Position numbers and translations under genes: made by a program
The notes under the pieces: model-generated
Seen by the model: the letters and a program-made list of their open reading frames with translations, nothing else
The model's database searches: none
What the model was told of the DNA's origin: nothing
Part shown: positions 8,295 through 17,584 of the stretch, one piece after another
Layout of the letters: each line of letters opens with the position of its first letter
How positions within the stretch are numbered: position 1 is the stretch's first letter
Origin: a virus
Taxonomy: Duplodnaviria; Caudoviricetes
DNA: 64,000 nt
IMG/VR virus record: IMGVR_UViG_3300037721_000031
Span: 192,001-256,000 of that record
Direction: 5' to 3' (one strand)

Positions 8295-8585
8295 TTACGA
8301 GGTCTTAGGTTCGTATTCGTTAAGACGGAATCGCTTGAGTACCTGCAGTCCGATGTCACACTGCAGATCACTACATGTACCGTCCAAGTATCGAGTATCA
8401 CCGACCTTCACGGTCTTGATCATCATTTCGATGGCTTCGCTCACGTAGTTATCGTAGTACGTCCGACCGAAAGTATCCTTCGTGGTCAGCATCGTCGGAT
8501 CGACTCTGAGAACGTATTGCGTGATCGCACCCATGACAAACCACGTCAGATGCTTGAGAGTATCGGGATGGAGATTGGTGTCCAT
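8295..8585 (-). CDS. Hypothetical protein
   Basis: 96-aa ORF, AGGAG upstream. Confidence 0.7.
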   Translation of the reverse strand: MDTNLHPDTLKHLTWFVMGAITQYVLRVDPTMLTTKDTFGRTYYDNYVSEAIEMMIKTVKVGDTRYLDGTCSDLQCDIGLQVLKRFRLNEYEPKTS

Positions 8586-8613
8586 TTCTAAAACTCCTTA
8601 AACGTTGAAGTAT

Positions 8614-9138
8614 TTAACTTACAAGACCCATGACTTCATTGATGTCTTGTTTCTCCAAGTACACCAGATCGAAGATCGGGAACAAGTTCTTGAGACTCAG
8701 CTTCTTCAGCTGATCATTATGTTCTTTCGAACCAATGAGGTGCAGCATGGTTGCCTTTACAGGGAGTTCACCCATGATGATACCGGCACCTAGCTTGACC
8801 ATCAAAGCCTTCCCACCAGTCGCTTTCATGACTTTCTCTACCAAGATATCGTGAACCGGCCCTTCCTTGGTTCCCTCCAGAAAAGCAACATATACAGCAA
8901 TGATGTCCAGGATGATGGCACCTTGCTCTTTGTTCCATTCGATTGTTGTGGTATCGATACAATTCATGACACGAGTTCTGACAACCACTTTCGTTTCTTG
9001 CAGGTCAACGATTTGACCGCCGAAGCCAAATTCATAAAGCAGTAGTCCTTCAATGGCATCAGACAACTTTCTGTTGTGCATCATCGGATCGAATACTTCA
9101 TGGCCACGGTTACGCTGATTTGTGCACTTTACAATCAT
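8614..9138 (-). CDS. Hypothetical protein
   Basis: 174-aa ORF, AGGA upstream. Confidence 0.75.
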   Translation of the reverse strand: MIVKCTNQRNRGHEVFDPMMHNRKLSDAIEGLLLYEFGFGGQIVDLQETKVVVRTRVMNCIDTTTIEWNKEQGAIILDIIAVYVAFLEGTKEGPVHDILVEKVMKATGGKALMVKLGAGIIMGELPVKATMLHLIGSKEHNDQLKKLSLKNLFPIFDLVYLEKQDINEVMGLVS

Positions 9139-9240
9139 GATGAATCCTTGGTTAACAAATACGATTGAACAGTCTTACTAGTTACGTTTATGGAGGGTAA
9201 ATATACCACTTCCACCGCGTAATCATCTAGCGTCAATAGG

Positions 9241-9633
9241 TCAGAGTGAAAGATGATCTTTCGAATTAATCACTCTCCACAAATTCTTACCAGGTCCGTT
9301 CACGTGAGTGTATTTCCATATCTTCCTGTACTGAACATTACCTCGGTGATCCTTTTCGGTTACCTCATCGAAACCTATCAATTCGAGGAAGCCGCGATGA
9401 CTTTTGACATTATTTTCAGAAAAACCATTAGTTGTATCTGTAACACAGTAGAACTTGAGCGGCTTATTATAGTGTCTACAGTTATCTTTATTTTCGTCAA
9501 CATAAAAGATATCACCATCTCGGCTGAGAACATGTCCATTCGGACACAGATACTCATAAAGCTTTTTGCTTTCCATATTCTTTCCTTTAGTTGTAACATT
9601 CTCTACATTGTGGAAGTTAAGAAACTTCCACAA
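9241..9633 (-). CDS. Hypothetical protein (start possibly at 9576, MESKK)
   Basis: ORF track; AAAGGAAAG precedes the internal ATG. Confidence 0.65.
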   Translation of the reverse strand: MWKFLNFHNVENVTTKGKNMESKKLYEYLCPNGHVLSRDGDIFYVDENKDNCRHYNKPLKFYCVTDTTNGFSENNVKSHRGFLELIGFDEVTEKDHRGNVQYRKIWKYTHVNGPGKNLWRVINSKDHLSL

Positions 9634-9657
9634 TAGAAAGACTGCTTCTCTATTATT

Positions 9658-10056
9658 CTAATCAAACTTCAAGTTCCAGATCTTTTCAAGATCCTGAGAC
9701 ATGACGATGAAGCTTCCGTTTTGTTGTTGATCGAAGTAGATCTTTTCTTTTGAAAGAGCTCCAGTCAGGAAATGAAGATGGAAGTCCAAGAACTTCTGAC
9801 CCATCACAGTCATCTCAGTGAGATTCGTGTAGGTTGCTGGAGTAATCTGAAGCCATTTCTTTTCAGTAGCGTTCCATCCGTAGGCTTGATCCAAGCCAGG
9901 TGTATAGAAGTCTACAACCCTTAATGCACCCTGACCAATGCCAGCGGCGTTGAAAGCGTCAGAGATCGTATCGCCGACGATATGTTGCTTACGACCGTCA
10001 ACCCAATAAACAGTCCAGTAACGTGTGTTCATTTCAGTGCTCCTAGAGGAAAACAA
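9658..10056 (-). CDS. Hypothetical phage protein
   Basis: YWVDG..G.TI.DAF..AG.G.GAL..VDFY pattern recurrent in phage ORFs. Confidence 0.7.
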   Translation of the reverse strand: MFSSRSTEMNTRYWTVYWVDGRKQHIVGDTISDAFNAAGIGQGALRVVDFYTPGLDQAYGWNATEKKWLQITPATYTNLTEMTVMGQKFLDFHLHFLTGALSKEKIYFDQQQNGSFIVMSQDLEKIWNLKFD

Positions 10057-10372
10057 TTACTTCTGACTTCTTTGCGGCAGTACTCAGTACACGTCGTGCT
10101 GCGTGAAAATCTTCACTATGCATGTCTAGTAACAGAAAGCCAGTTCCACCGCAGCAATTAATAGTTCCCAACCAGCTGTGAAAAGCCTTTGGATCTTTAG
10201 GAATCTTAGACTCCATTTCATGAACAACGCTTTCAGGAAAGAAATCATTATTTTCAAAAGGTACTTTCCACTTCCAGCACATCAGTCGCATAATTTCAGT
10301 CTGCAAACGTGTGTTTGTACATTCGCCCGCATCCGCAGAAGCATCATGACCTGCGTAAGCTCGAATAGACAT
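10043..10372 (-). CDS. Hypothetical protein
   Basis: 109-aa ORF, GGAG upstream. Confidence 0.65.
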   Translation of the reverse strand: MSIRAYAGHDASADAGECTNTRLQTEIMRLMCWKWKVPFENNDFFPESVVHEMESKIPKDPKAFHSWLGTINCCGGTGFLLLDMHSEDFHAARRVLSTAAKKSEVIVFL

Positions 10373-10439
10373 GTCAAATTCTCCAGAGAAGTTTATTAAG
10401 CTCTTATTTTACAAAGAGCTTAATAGATAAGTTTTCAGA

Positions 10440-10856
10440 TTATGCTTCAGCAGCCTTGACGTATTCTTGCAACTTACTCCAATTCTGATGATGAACATAA
10501 GACCTATTTTTCAGAATATCGTGATGTCTATCCTTCCACGCATTCATGTAGTCTTTCACAATTTGCAGAAGGTTGTTAGGCGTGTAGTCATAGACACATT
10601 TCAACTCACCTTCAAAGAAGGTATAGGCCGCATCCAGACAAACAATCTTCATCACTTCATCAAGCAATTCCAGACTTGCCTTTTCAGAAGAGATGTAAAG
10701 ATGCTTACCATTTGTGTAGGCACCGACAGCAACGTATTTATTCACGGTTACTCCAAGGTTAATCACAGGTTGGGAAAACATACTAAAATAAAATTTAGAA
10801 TAATTGGCATTGGGAATTACCCCAATGCCAATTATACCGTTATTATTAAAATACAC
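10440..10856 (-). CDS. Hypothetical protein
   Basis: 138-aa ORF in run. Confidence 0.65.
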   Translation of the reverse strand: MYFNNNGIIGIGVIPNANYSKFYFSMFSQPVINLGVTVNKYVAVGAYTNGKHLYISSEKASLELLDEVMKIVCLDAAYTFFEGELKCVYDYTPNNLLQIVKDYMNAWKDRHHDILKNRSYVHHQNWSKLQEYVKAAEA

Positions 10857-10899
10857 ATAACAGTAAATCGCACCTTAAATGCGATAAAAGAATTTAATC

Positions 10900-11142
10900 T
10901 TAAACTTCTTCCTCAACAAGTTGAACTGATTGAAGCTTAATCTCAGGACAGACTTGTTTTAATTTCTCAAAAACTTTACTTGCTTTGTCTTTATTGAAAA
11001 ACCACTCAGCATTAGTCAAACACATATTCCATCGAATGACTAAGTTCTGATTGCCTTTATTTCCTTGATCCTGTTTTTCGTAGTAAAGAACTCCGTCCTT
11101 AGAATCATCGAACGGGGTAGTAATCACATTAAAGAGCTTCAT
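10900..11142 (-). CDS. Hypothetical protein
   Basis: 80-aa ORF, AGGAG upstream. Confidence 0.7.
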   Translation of the reverse strand: MKLFNVITTPFDDSKDGVLYYEKQDQGNKGNQNLVIRWNMCLTNAEWFFNKDKASKVFEKLKQVCPEIKLQSVQLVEEEV

Positions 11143-11295
11143 GCTTTCTCCTAATAAAAGTTATTTTAGTAAGACCTCACTTCTGTGAAGTTAGAAGCCT
11201 TACGAATACGACTATCTTCTTATTCTTATTCACCTTCAATACAAGTTAAAGAAAAAAACTACAGAACTCAACATAGAGGACATATACTGTCTCTA

Positions 11296-11322
11296 GTTCA
11301 GTTATGCTATATGTGTTTGAAA
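11296..11322 (-). promoter_or_regulatory. Early-promoter-like motif copy 2
   Basis: Minus strand TTTCAA-ACACATATAGCATAA-CTGAAC in a 260-bp intergenic gap. Confidence 0.6.
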
Positions 11323-11401
11323 TTAAATACGATGAAATATTCGAATGAGTTCTATAGTTTATTACTAAGACGGTATTTTATTAGGACACCGTCTTAAGTT
11401 C

Positions 11402-11740
11402 CTACGTTAACAGAGGCAGCCGCGGATCATTCTCACCGAAGTAAGTCCGTGTCTTCGACTCTTGCTTAACTCTTTCAATCACGAGGAAGCATGTGTAGTC
11501 GCATGCATCCCACATGTCGTGACTCAGGCAGTCAGTCTGAATGTATTCCGTGGTAATTTGGATATCACCGAGATTGGAGAGATCCATATCAGGCCACTTC
11601 GCCTTGATCCGAAGCATCAACTCTTCCATGCTTTCGCCCCTGGCAATATAAAACTTTGAATCCGTATCGTCAGGCCAGAACGTACGAATTTGTCCGTTGT
11701 TACGAGTTCCGTGTGTCACAATGTTTCCTTTTTTAACCAA
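11402..11740 (-). CDS. Hypothetical protein, paralogue of 34757..35002
   Basis: Shared PDDTDS..Y.....S..EL..R...KWP and IQT..DYT.FL.I. Confidence 0.75.
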   Translation of the reverse strand: MVKKGNIVTHGTRNNGQIRTFWPDDTDSKFYIARGESMEELMLRIKAKWPDMDLSNLGDIQITTEYIQTDCLSHDMWDACDYTCFLVIERVKQESKTRTYFGENDPRLPLLT

Positions 11741-12041
11741 TGTATCTGTTGATGTATTTCTGACGCCGTTCGATCAATTCCGCCAAAGTGAGCCAAAACT
11801 GAGGGTCAGACCGATAATGCTGCAAATAGTGATTGCGCTTCGATGTAGTCATCAGTTGTTCAGCACTGATTGCTTGTTCAAGAATCTGTTCAACTGACAA
11901 TGACAGAACCTCAATTTTTTCCTTTTCTGAAAGGATCTGTGAGATAGAAGAGAATAACTTGTTCTCGTTCTCTAGATCACCTCCTGTTAAATACCGGTTG
12001 TTAAATATCGGTATCTTAATCTGTTTTACATCCTTTAACAT
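11733..12041 (-). CDS. Hypothetical protein
   Basis: 102-aa ORF, 8-bp overlap with downstream gene. Confidence 0.65.
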   Translation of the reverse strand: MLKDVKQIKIPIFNNRYLTGGDLENENKLFSSISQILSEKEKIEVLSLSVEQILEQAISAEQLMTTSKRNHYLQHYRSDPQFWLTLAELIERRQKYINRYIG

Positions 12042-12073
12042 GATTAACTTATCCTTTCAGTCTAGTGACACGG

Positions 12074-12105
12074 CATAAAAGCTAGGCTCGAGCCTAGCTT
12101 TTATG
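12074..12105. terminator. Perfect 32-bp palindromic terminator
   Basis: cataaaagctaggctc|gagcctagcttttatg. Confidence 0.8.
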
Positions 12106-12118
12106 TTGTACTTATTCC

Positions 12119-12397
12119 TTACCTTGAGATAGATCCTTCATCAATCATCTTCGCAATAAGACGTCGTTCTTTAGCTGCATCAAATTCAGCTGTCCCCTCG
12201 ACTTCTTCAAGCTTGATTGAACACTTTCCTTCAGAAAGCCTATCGCCGTTCCATTGATGAACCTCGGTACGATCATTCGTATTAGGTTCAATATATGCGC
12301 CAACAATTTGCCCAGTATCGTCTTCGTACTTAGAAATAATTTCTCCGATTTGTTGGAGAAACTGCTCTTTGGTCATCGGTGATGAGGATTGAGTCAT
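12119..12397 (-). CDS. Hypothetical protein, paralogue of 12830..13105
   Basis: Shared TKE....QI..I...YE..T....G....P......EV..W.G.R....C.I. Confidence 0.75.
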   Translation of the reverse strand: MTQSSSPMTKEQFLQQIGEIISKYEDDTGQIVGAYIEPNTNDRTEVHQWNGDRLSEGKCSIKLEEVEGTAEFDAAKERRLIAKMIDEGSISR

Positions 12398-12424
12398 GAT
12401 GAGCTTCCTTTATTCATATTCAGT

Positions 12425-12454
12425 AACTAGGGAGTCTTCAAAAACTCCCTAGTT
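12425..12454. terminator. Intergenic hairpin
   Basis: aactagggagt-N8-actccctagtt. Confidence 0.6.
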
Positions 12455-12467
12455 GGCTTCCAATATC

Positions 12468-12737
12468 TCAGCTGGCGCAGTAACGCTTCAGCTTTTCAGC
12501 CATGCGATACGACTTGTTGCTGATGCTTTGTGCCGGATCGTACTGCTTGCTGGACGAGAAACTGTCACTCTGAATCTGATTCAGAACATTCACACGGTGA
12601 GCCTTGATCCGACGATTGTGTTGAAACACACGTGCAGATTCCGTAGCTCGCTTCACTTCACGTCGTTGCTCGACGGTTAAACGATCGTTACCAGAGAGAT
12701 TGATCTTGCCAGCAGAAGACTTAGATGCATTCGACAT
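12468..12737 (-). CDS. Small basic hypothetical protein
   Basis: 89 aa, R/K rich, AAGGA upstream. Confidence 0.65.
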   Translation of the reverse strand: MSNASKSSAGKINLSGNDRLTVEQRREVKRATESARVFQHNRRIKAHRVNVLNQIQSDSFSSSKQYDPAQSISNKSYRMAEKLKRYCAS

Positions 12738-12829
12738 TTTAATTTCCTTGAGATTGATGAAGAAAAAGCTTTACCTAGTTAGCCAGAGTAAAGTACGGTT
12801 ACGAGTTTTTAGGAAGCTAATAGATATTT

Positions 12830-13105
12830 CTAACTATTAAGCGACCGTAACTCAATTTCACATGTAGATGGATATCGATCACGCAAATCGCTATTAGACT
12901 GCTTATCAGCAGTCGCGAACCTGATGTTGCAGTCCCTCTTCAAGAAGCGTTCACCAGTCCACTCCAGTACCTCAGTCGGTTTCGACGCATCTGGAATCAG
13001 AATTACTCCTGCAACGAGATGTGTTTCTTTCTCGTACTGATCTGCCAACTTTGTAATTTGCTCGATCAGCATTTCTTTGGTTAGTAGTGTTGGTACTTCG
13101 TTCAT
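12830..13105 (-). CDS. Hypothetical protein, paralogue of 12119..12397
   Basis: See paralogue alignment. Confidence 0.75.
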   Translation of the reverse strand: MNEVPTLLTKEMLIEQITKLADQYEKETHLVAGVILIPDASKPTEVLEWTGERFLKRDCNIRFATADKQSNSDLRDRYPSTCEIELRSLNS

Positions 13106-13168
13106 ATGGCTTTCCTTCTGTAACTTTATTGATAAGGTAAAAGTAGTAGTCCTCTTACCTCACTCACT

Positions 13169-13927
13169 TCAGTAAACGTAGTTCTTGAATGCCGGGATAT
13201 CAGCTGCTCGGAGTGAGTTGTAAAGCTCGTGAGCGTCTTCGATGCTATCGAAGTCAGCCATCACTTGATTGTTAGGTTCTTTTGTCCTGGTAAAGAACTT
13301 CGAGTACTTGGGATAGGCAGCAACACGATGAGCGTAAGTGCTGATGGTATAGACTTGCTGAGGAAATGCGTGCTTCTGAACCTTATAATTTTTATTGACA
13401 TAGTCTACGAAAAACTGGGCGCCTTCCGAATTCCAAAACACGATATGGATGCGCTTACCTTCTCTATCTTTACTGCCGTCTTGGAAAGTAGCTCCTGAAT
13501 CCATCGTCAGCGAGTACCGTTCATCATCCACATCGCCATTGAGGTTCAGCATCATTCTCATGAAGTCATGAAGCTCAGGTGTAGCAATATCACCAAAGAC
13601 AGAAAGACCTGCAGTGTCTTCATGTACTGACAGGTTCAGCCTGAACATTGGTTTAATAGAACCAGTTTCAGGATCAACCGCAACAGGTTGTTTCATGTAG
13701 TTGGGGTTATTGAAATAAAACAACGGATTATCGATACCAGAAAAATATCGATACTTACCGAATACATTTCCCTTTCCAGTAGTGATAATTCCATTGACAA
13801 CATCTTGGACTTCTTCTTTAACAATGCGAGTAGGAATGCCGTACTGTACCATCGCATTCAAGACATGTCCGACAGATGTTCTCTGACAGACACCGAAAGG
13901 GCCATTATTCGTAGAGATGGAGTCCAT
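13169..13927 (-). CDS. NSGPFG-family protein 3, with extra C-terminal domain
   Basis: Paralogue of 13986 and 14605; C-terminal ~60 aa match 45216..45476. Confidence 0.85.
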   Translation of the reverse strand: MDSISTNNGPFGVCQRTSVGHVLNAMVQYGIPTRIVKEEVQDVVNGIITTGKGNVFGKYRYFSGIDNPLFYFNNPNYMKQPVAVDPETGSIKPMFRLNLSVHEDTAGLSVFGDIATPELHDFMRMMLNLNGDVDDERYSLTMDSGATFQDGSKDREGKRIHIVFWNSEGAQFFVDYVNKNYKVQKHAFPQQVYTISTYAHRVAAYPKYSKFFTRTKEPNNQVMADFDSIEDAHELYNSLRAADIPAFKNYVY

Positions 13928-13985
13928 TTGCTTCTTTCAAGGATTTGTTGAAGACATTACAATTCAGATTGTAATGCAGAGACTA

Positions 13986-14540
13986 TCAGCTTGACTTCAA
14001 AGGTGCAGTGTAATTTTCGTTTACATAATCCACAAAAGCTTGTGCGTGAATGTGATCCCAGAATTCAACACAAGAGTACTTCTTTTGCTCGTAGGCATCG
14101 ATGTACTCATTCATCACCGCCCCTGAATTCACTTTCAGTTGACTACCCAATGACAGGTTACCTACAGTAACCAGCTTCTTGACGTAAAATTCAAAGAATT
14201 CTACAGAATTGATATCTTCCTCAACAGTCATACAGGGAGAGCCACGCGGTGAAAAGGTCAAGCGAAACACAGGTTTAGAGATACCCGTTTCCGGATCTAC
14301 CACAACTGGATTTCTCATGTAATGCTTATCCATGACAAGAAACAGCGGTTGATCAATTCCATCAAAGTACCGATATTTCGCCACTACTTGACCATTCAGA
14401 GTGATATCTTCACCGCCTACTTGAACACCTTGAGTAACACCCAGTGGTACACCGAAATGATTCAGTGCGTTGAGAATGTGGTTGACGGAGCCACGTTGAG
14501 CAGTACCAAAAGGACCAGAATTCGTACTGACAGAGTTCAT
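13986..14540 (-). CDS. NSGPFG-family protein 2
   Basis: NSGPFG..RGS..H.LNAL...G.P; YRYFDGIDQPLF; VVDPETG..P.F.L; VEFW...AQAFVDYVN.NY. Confidence 0.85.
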   Translation of the reverse strand: MNSVSTNSGPFGTAQRGSVNHILNALNHFGVPLGVTQGVQVGGEDITLNGQVVAKYRYFDGIDQPLFLVMDKHYMRNPVVVDPETGISKPVFRLTFSPRGSPCMTVEEDINSVEFFEFYVKKLVTVGNLSLGSQLKVNSGAVMNEYIDAYEQKKYSCVEFWDHIHAQAFVDYVNENYTAPLKSS

Positions 14541-14604
14541 TTGTTTCTTTCAAGTTTAGGAAAACATTAGGGTCTTACTGCTCTAACAGTAAGACCCTTC
14601 GTTA

Positions 14605-15168
14605 TTAAACCGAATCAGACTTCGTGTTCACTACGTAATTGTTATTGATGAAGTCCACGAAAGCCTGAGCGCCCTTCGGCTTCCAGAACTCAATGAAGAT
14701 AAACTCGCCATCAGGACGTTCAGAACCACCTTGAAAGAATGCTCCTGAGTCATTCTTCAGCTTGTAGCCAGGTTGATTCATGAAATTGGACAGACATGTG
14801 TAGCGGATGAACTCATGCAACTCGACACTTGCTTCAGGACCATCGATCATCAGACCAGGAGTATCCTGAACTGACAAGCCCAGATGAAACTGCGGACGCC
14901 TAGTACCAGCTTCCGGATTAACCACCATCCGTTGCTTTCCGTAGGTTGTACCTTGGAAGCGAAACAGAGGTTGATCGATGCCGTCGAAATACTTGTACTT
15001 GCAGAATTCCTTACCGTTATACATCAGGTCTGAACCGTTGCTGAAGCTTACATCTTCGATGATGCGAATGGGAACACCGCACTCATGCAATGCATTCATC
15101 ACATGACCGGCAGAACCGCGTTCATACTTGCCGAAAGGACCACTGTTAGTTACCTTGGAAACATTCAT
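14605..15168 (-). CDS. NSGPFG-family protein 1
   Basis: Same motifs as the two downstream tandem copies. Confidence 0.85.
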   Translation of the reverse strand: MNVSKVTNSGPFGKYERGSAGHVMNALHECGVPIRIIEDVSFSNGSDLMYNGKEFCKYKYFDGIDQPLFRFQGTTYGKQRMVVNPEAGTRRPQFHLGLSVQDTPGLMIDGPEASVELHEFIRYTCLSNFMNQPGYKLKNDSGAFFQGGSERPDGEFIFIEFWKPKGAQAFVDFINNNYVVNTKSDSV

Positions 15169-15220
15169 TTCATTTCTCCAATGAGTTACGTGACGTTTGA
15201 AAGTTGAAACCAGACATTTA

Positions 15221-15838
15221 CTATAGACCTAGTAAACGGCGTAAATTCATAAATCTTTGTGTGGTGCTTGGATGAGTTGGAGTTGCTGGCAGTATTTTAA
15301 ATCCTTGGACTGCTAGCAAGATCTCTTCCTTCTTATACCCGAGCTTTTGTAGTATAGCTGCAGCGGCTTCATCAGCTTCTAGCTCTACACGCCATGCTTG
15401 ATCTTTAGCCTCTGGATGAAGCAGTACCCATTGCATTTTTGTTTTTATTTCAGTATCATCAATATCGCCAGGCACTAGTCTGCTGAGAAGTGCTGTTCGT
15501 TGTTCGTGATGGTTAAACCTTATATGTGAAAGCTCATGCGCAATAACGAAGCATCTTTGGATTTCAGTCATGACTTCCAAACTAATATCCGTAATCATTA
15601 CCCCCGGTAATGACGCGGCACCAATAGGCATCTTAATGATGTATAGTTTGGCGTCTACATTGTACACATCGTTAACACGTTTGAACGATTCAGCAATTGC
15701 CGTATTAGCTTTAACTTCGCTCGCAATATTTGCAATGTCGGCAATGTAAGCTTTGTTACCATTGGTTATGGCTTCATGCAAAGTGCGTGCCTCCAAAGAA
15801 AAGCAGAACAGAAAGAGTAACGAAGTCAGTAATTTCAT
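15221..15838 (-). CDS. M48-family zinc metallopeptidase with signal peptide (start revised from 15889)
   Basis: FVIAHELSH (HExxH), ELEADE, THPSTTQR; MKLLTSLLFLFCFSLEA signal; the track ATG at 15889 lies inside a terminator hairpin. Confidence 0.85.
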   Translation of the reverse strand: MKLLTSLLFLFCFSLEARTLHEAITNGNKAYIADIANIASEVKANTAIAESFKRVNDVYNVDAKLYIIKMPIGAASLPGVMITDISLEVMTEIQRCFVIAHELSHIRFNHHEQRTALLSRLVPGDIDDTEIKTKMQWVLLHPEAKDQAWRVELEADEAAAAILQKLGYKKEEILLAVQGFKILPATPTHPSTTQRFMNLRRLLGL

Positions 15839-15885
15839 AAGTACACCAATTGATTTATCTACTGTTGATGAAATATCAATATATG

Positions 15886-15924
15886 GCATAAATACGCGGA
15901 ACTCTGAGTTCCGCGTATTTATGC
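15886..15924. terminator. Hairpin terminator, 19-bp arms
   Basis: gcataaatacgcggaactc-t-gagttccgcgtatttatgc. Confidence 0.8.
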
Positions 15925-15934
15925 TCTGTTCTTT

Positions 15935-16495
15935 CTACATGTAAGTAACGCAGCGGGCACCCATCAAGGTAAGTGTCGAAGCATACCAACCAGGGTCTGA
16001 AATGTGTTCATTACGAAGAACTGGACAAGCGTCATAAAAGTCACTAAAGTACAACGCATTATTCGCATTATCAGACAAGGCTGCAGTCAGAAGCACTGAA
16101 CGACCACCTTCAGAAACTCCAGCAAGTGACGGAGTTATGAAAAGCCCAATTCCGGTATCATCAGCAGTACGAATGCAAGTCACTGACATGATTCTGCTTG
16201 TATTCTGAAGAATGTCCATAGCCATTTCTTCTGATTCATTCTTAGGCGCTTTTTCAAGCAATGTGGTTCGGACAATACGCCCAGAAACCAATCCCTCATG
16301 CGCATATGCCAGTGCAGCAGTACCAGGCATCCTATCGCAGTAATCCGTGAATACCTTGATACCACGTGGATGACGACCTGTCACCATAGTCGTATGTGAC
16401 TTACGATAGCCTGTCACAAATGTACAGACGGACGAAACAGTTGGGACTACCGGATTACTCAATTCATTCTCCAAGTTGATTAAAGACACGACCAT
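15935..16495 (-). CDS. Hypothetical protein
   Basis: 186-aa ORF in run. Confidence 0.7.
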   Translation of the reverse strand: MVVSLINLENELSNPVVPTVSSVCTFVTGYRKSHTTMVTGRHPRGIKVFTDYCDRMPGTAALAYAHEGLVSGRIVRTTLLEKAPKNESEEMAMDILQNTSRIMSVTCIRTADDTGIGLFITPSLAGVSEGGRSVLLTAALSDNANNALYFSDFYDACPVLRNEHISDPGWYASTLTLMGARCVTYM

Positions 16496-16533
16496 GAATA
16501 CAGTGTAAATGTAAAACGGTGAGTAAGATCTGA

Positions 16534-16764
16534 CTAATGGTCACAAGTAGCTGTAACTCGACCATGAAGCTTCATTTGAGCTTCCTGTACTGTTTCAGTG
16601 TAACCGATTATCTCGTAAACTTCTTCGCCACTTGCCAGCTTTGTAGGTTCTTTATCTTCTTTGTTATAGATACAAAAGAAACTTTGTCTTACTCCAAACA
16701 AAGTTTCTTTGATGCGTCGAAACAAAATGTACTTACTCTTATCTGTCGGTTGAACTGTGAACAT
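16534..16764 (-). CDS. Hypothetical protein
   Basis: 76-aa ORF in run. Confidence 0.65.
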   Translation of the reverse strand: MFTVQPTDKSKYILFRRIKETLFGVRQSFFCIYNKEDKEPTKLASGEEVYEIIGYTETVQEAQMKLHGRVTATCDH

Positions 16765-16802
16765 GAACGGTTCTTTCTCAGATGAATTTATACAACATAT
16801 AA

Positions 16803-16838
16803 AGCATAAAGACGGTGAGAATTCACCGTCTTTATGCT
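16803..16838. terminator. Hairpin terminator, 16-bp stem
   Basis: agcataaagacggtga-gaat-tcaccgtctttatgct. Confidence 0.8.
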
Positions 16839-16843
16839 ACTTT

Positions 16844-17209
16844 TCACCACCACGCCATGTAAGCGCTCTTCTTCAGGTTGGGAATCACCATCGGCTCATA
16901 CTCGCCGTTGAGATTCTGCCACTTCCTCAGCTCACGCTTATTGAAAGTCTTCAGATCCTGATTCTCCACCTCACGGTCCTTGTGATTCGGACCCCACGAA
17001 CGATTGCTCTTGGACTCACCATGGATGCCCCAATAGCGATCGGCAATCTCCTCCTTGGTCATGGCACGGTAATCCTGACAACCACCGTGACCGTTCTTGC
17101 ACGGATACTCCACCAAGGTGTCCCAGGTGGTGTAGAAGCCGTTGATCTTGCTACCGCTGATCTGGTTGTGGATCTTTTCGAAGTTCTTGCGACGAATGGT
17201 TCTGCTCAT
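16844..17209 (-). CDS. Hypothetical phage protein (MSRTIRRK-type)
   Basis: Basic N-terminus MSRTIRRKN and C-terminal WW, a recurrent small phage ORF style; AGGAG upstream. Confidence 0.75.
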   Translation of the reverse strand: MSRTIRRKNFEKIHNQISGSKINGFYTTWDTLVEYPCKNGHGGCQDYRAMTKEEIADRYWGIHGESKSNRSWGPNHKDREVENQDLKTFNKRELRKWQNLNGEYEPMVIPNLKKSAYMAWW

Positions 17210-17310
17210 GATTACTCCTGTTTGGCCTAGATCGACCTAAATGACAGGAGCAATAAACACACTCAAGATACCTTTTCATGAAAATTCCTTATATTGAATC
17301 AAGAAATACA

Positions 17311-17544
17311 TTACAGTGCAGGAGGAGGACATGGAGCCACATACTTCCAGTATGTGGTATTGACAGGCTTGACAGCCGCTCCAACACATCCGGACACAAA
17401 CCACCTTTTCTGAACTGGATTCCACTGAAGCACTACCTCTTCGAAGGTATTACCATCAACTGAGCGTTGTTGCAACCAATGATGACCTGCGTGGCGAACA
17501 TGTTCTTTTGGCGGACACGGTTCAACTGGATCTATTATTGACAT
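17311..17544 (-). CDS. Hypothetical protein, paralogue of 29627..29866
   Basis: Shared E.VVL.W.P..K.WF.SG..G....PVNT..WKY...C.PP. Confidence 0.75.
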   Translation of the reverse strand: MSIIDPVEPCPPKEHVRHAGHHWLQQRSVDGNTFEEVVLQWNPVQKRWFVSGCVGAAVKPVNTTYWKYVAPCPPPAL

Positions 17545-17584
17545 TATACCACCATACTTAACTGGGGTGATTGTTAAGTTTACT

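Noticed and set aside
15839-15889. Track start MPYID for the M48 peptidase
   Set aside because: That ATG lies within a terminator arm; the downstream MKLL start gives a clean signal peptide
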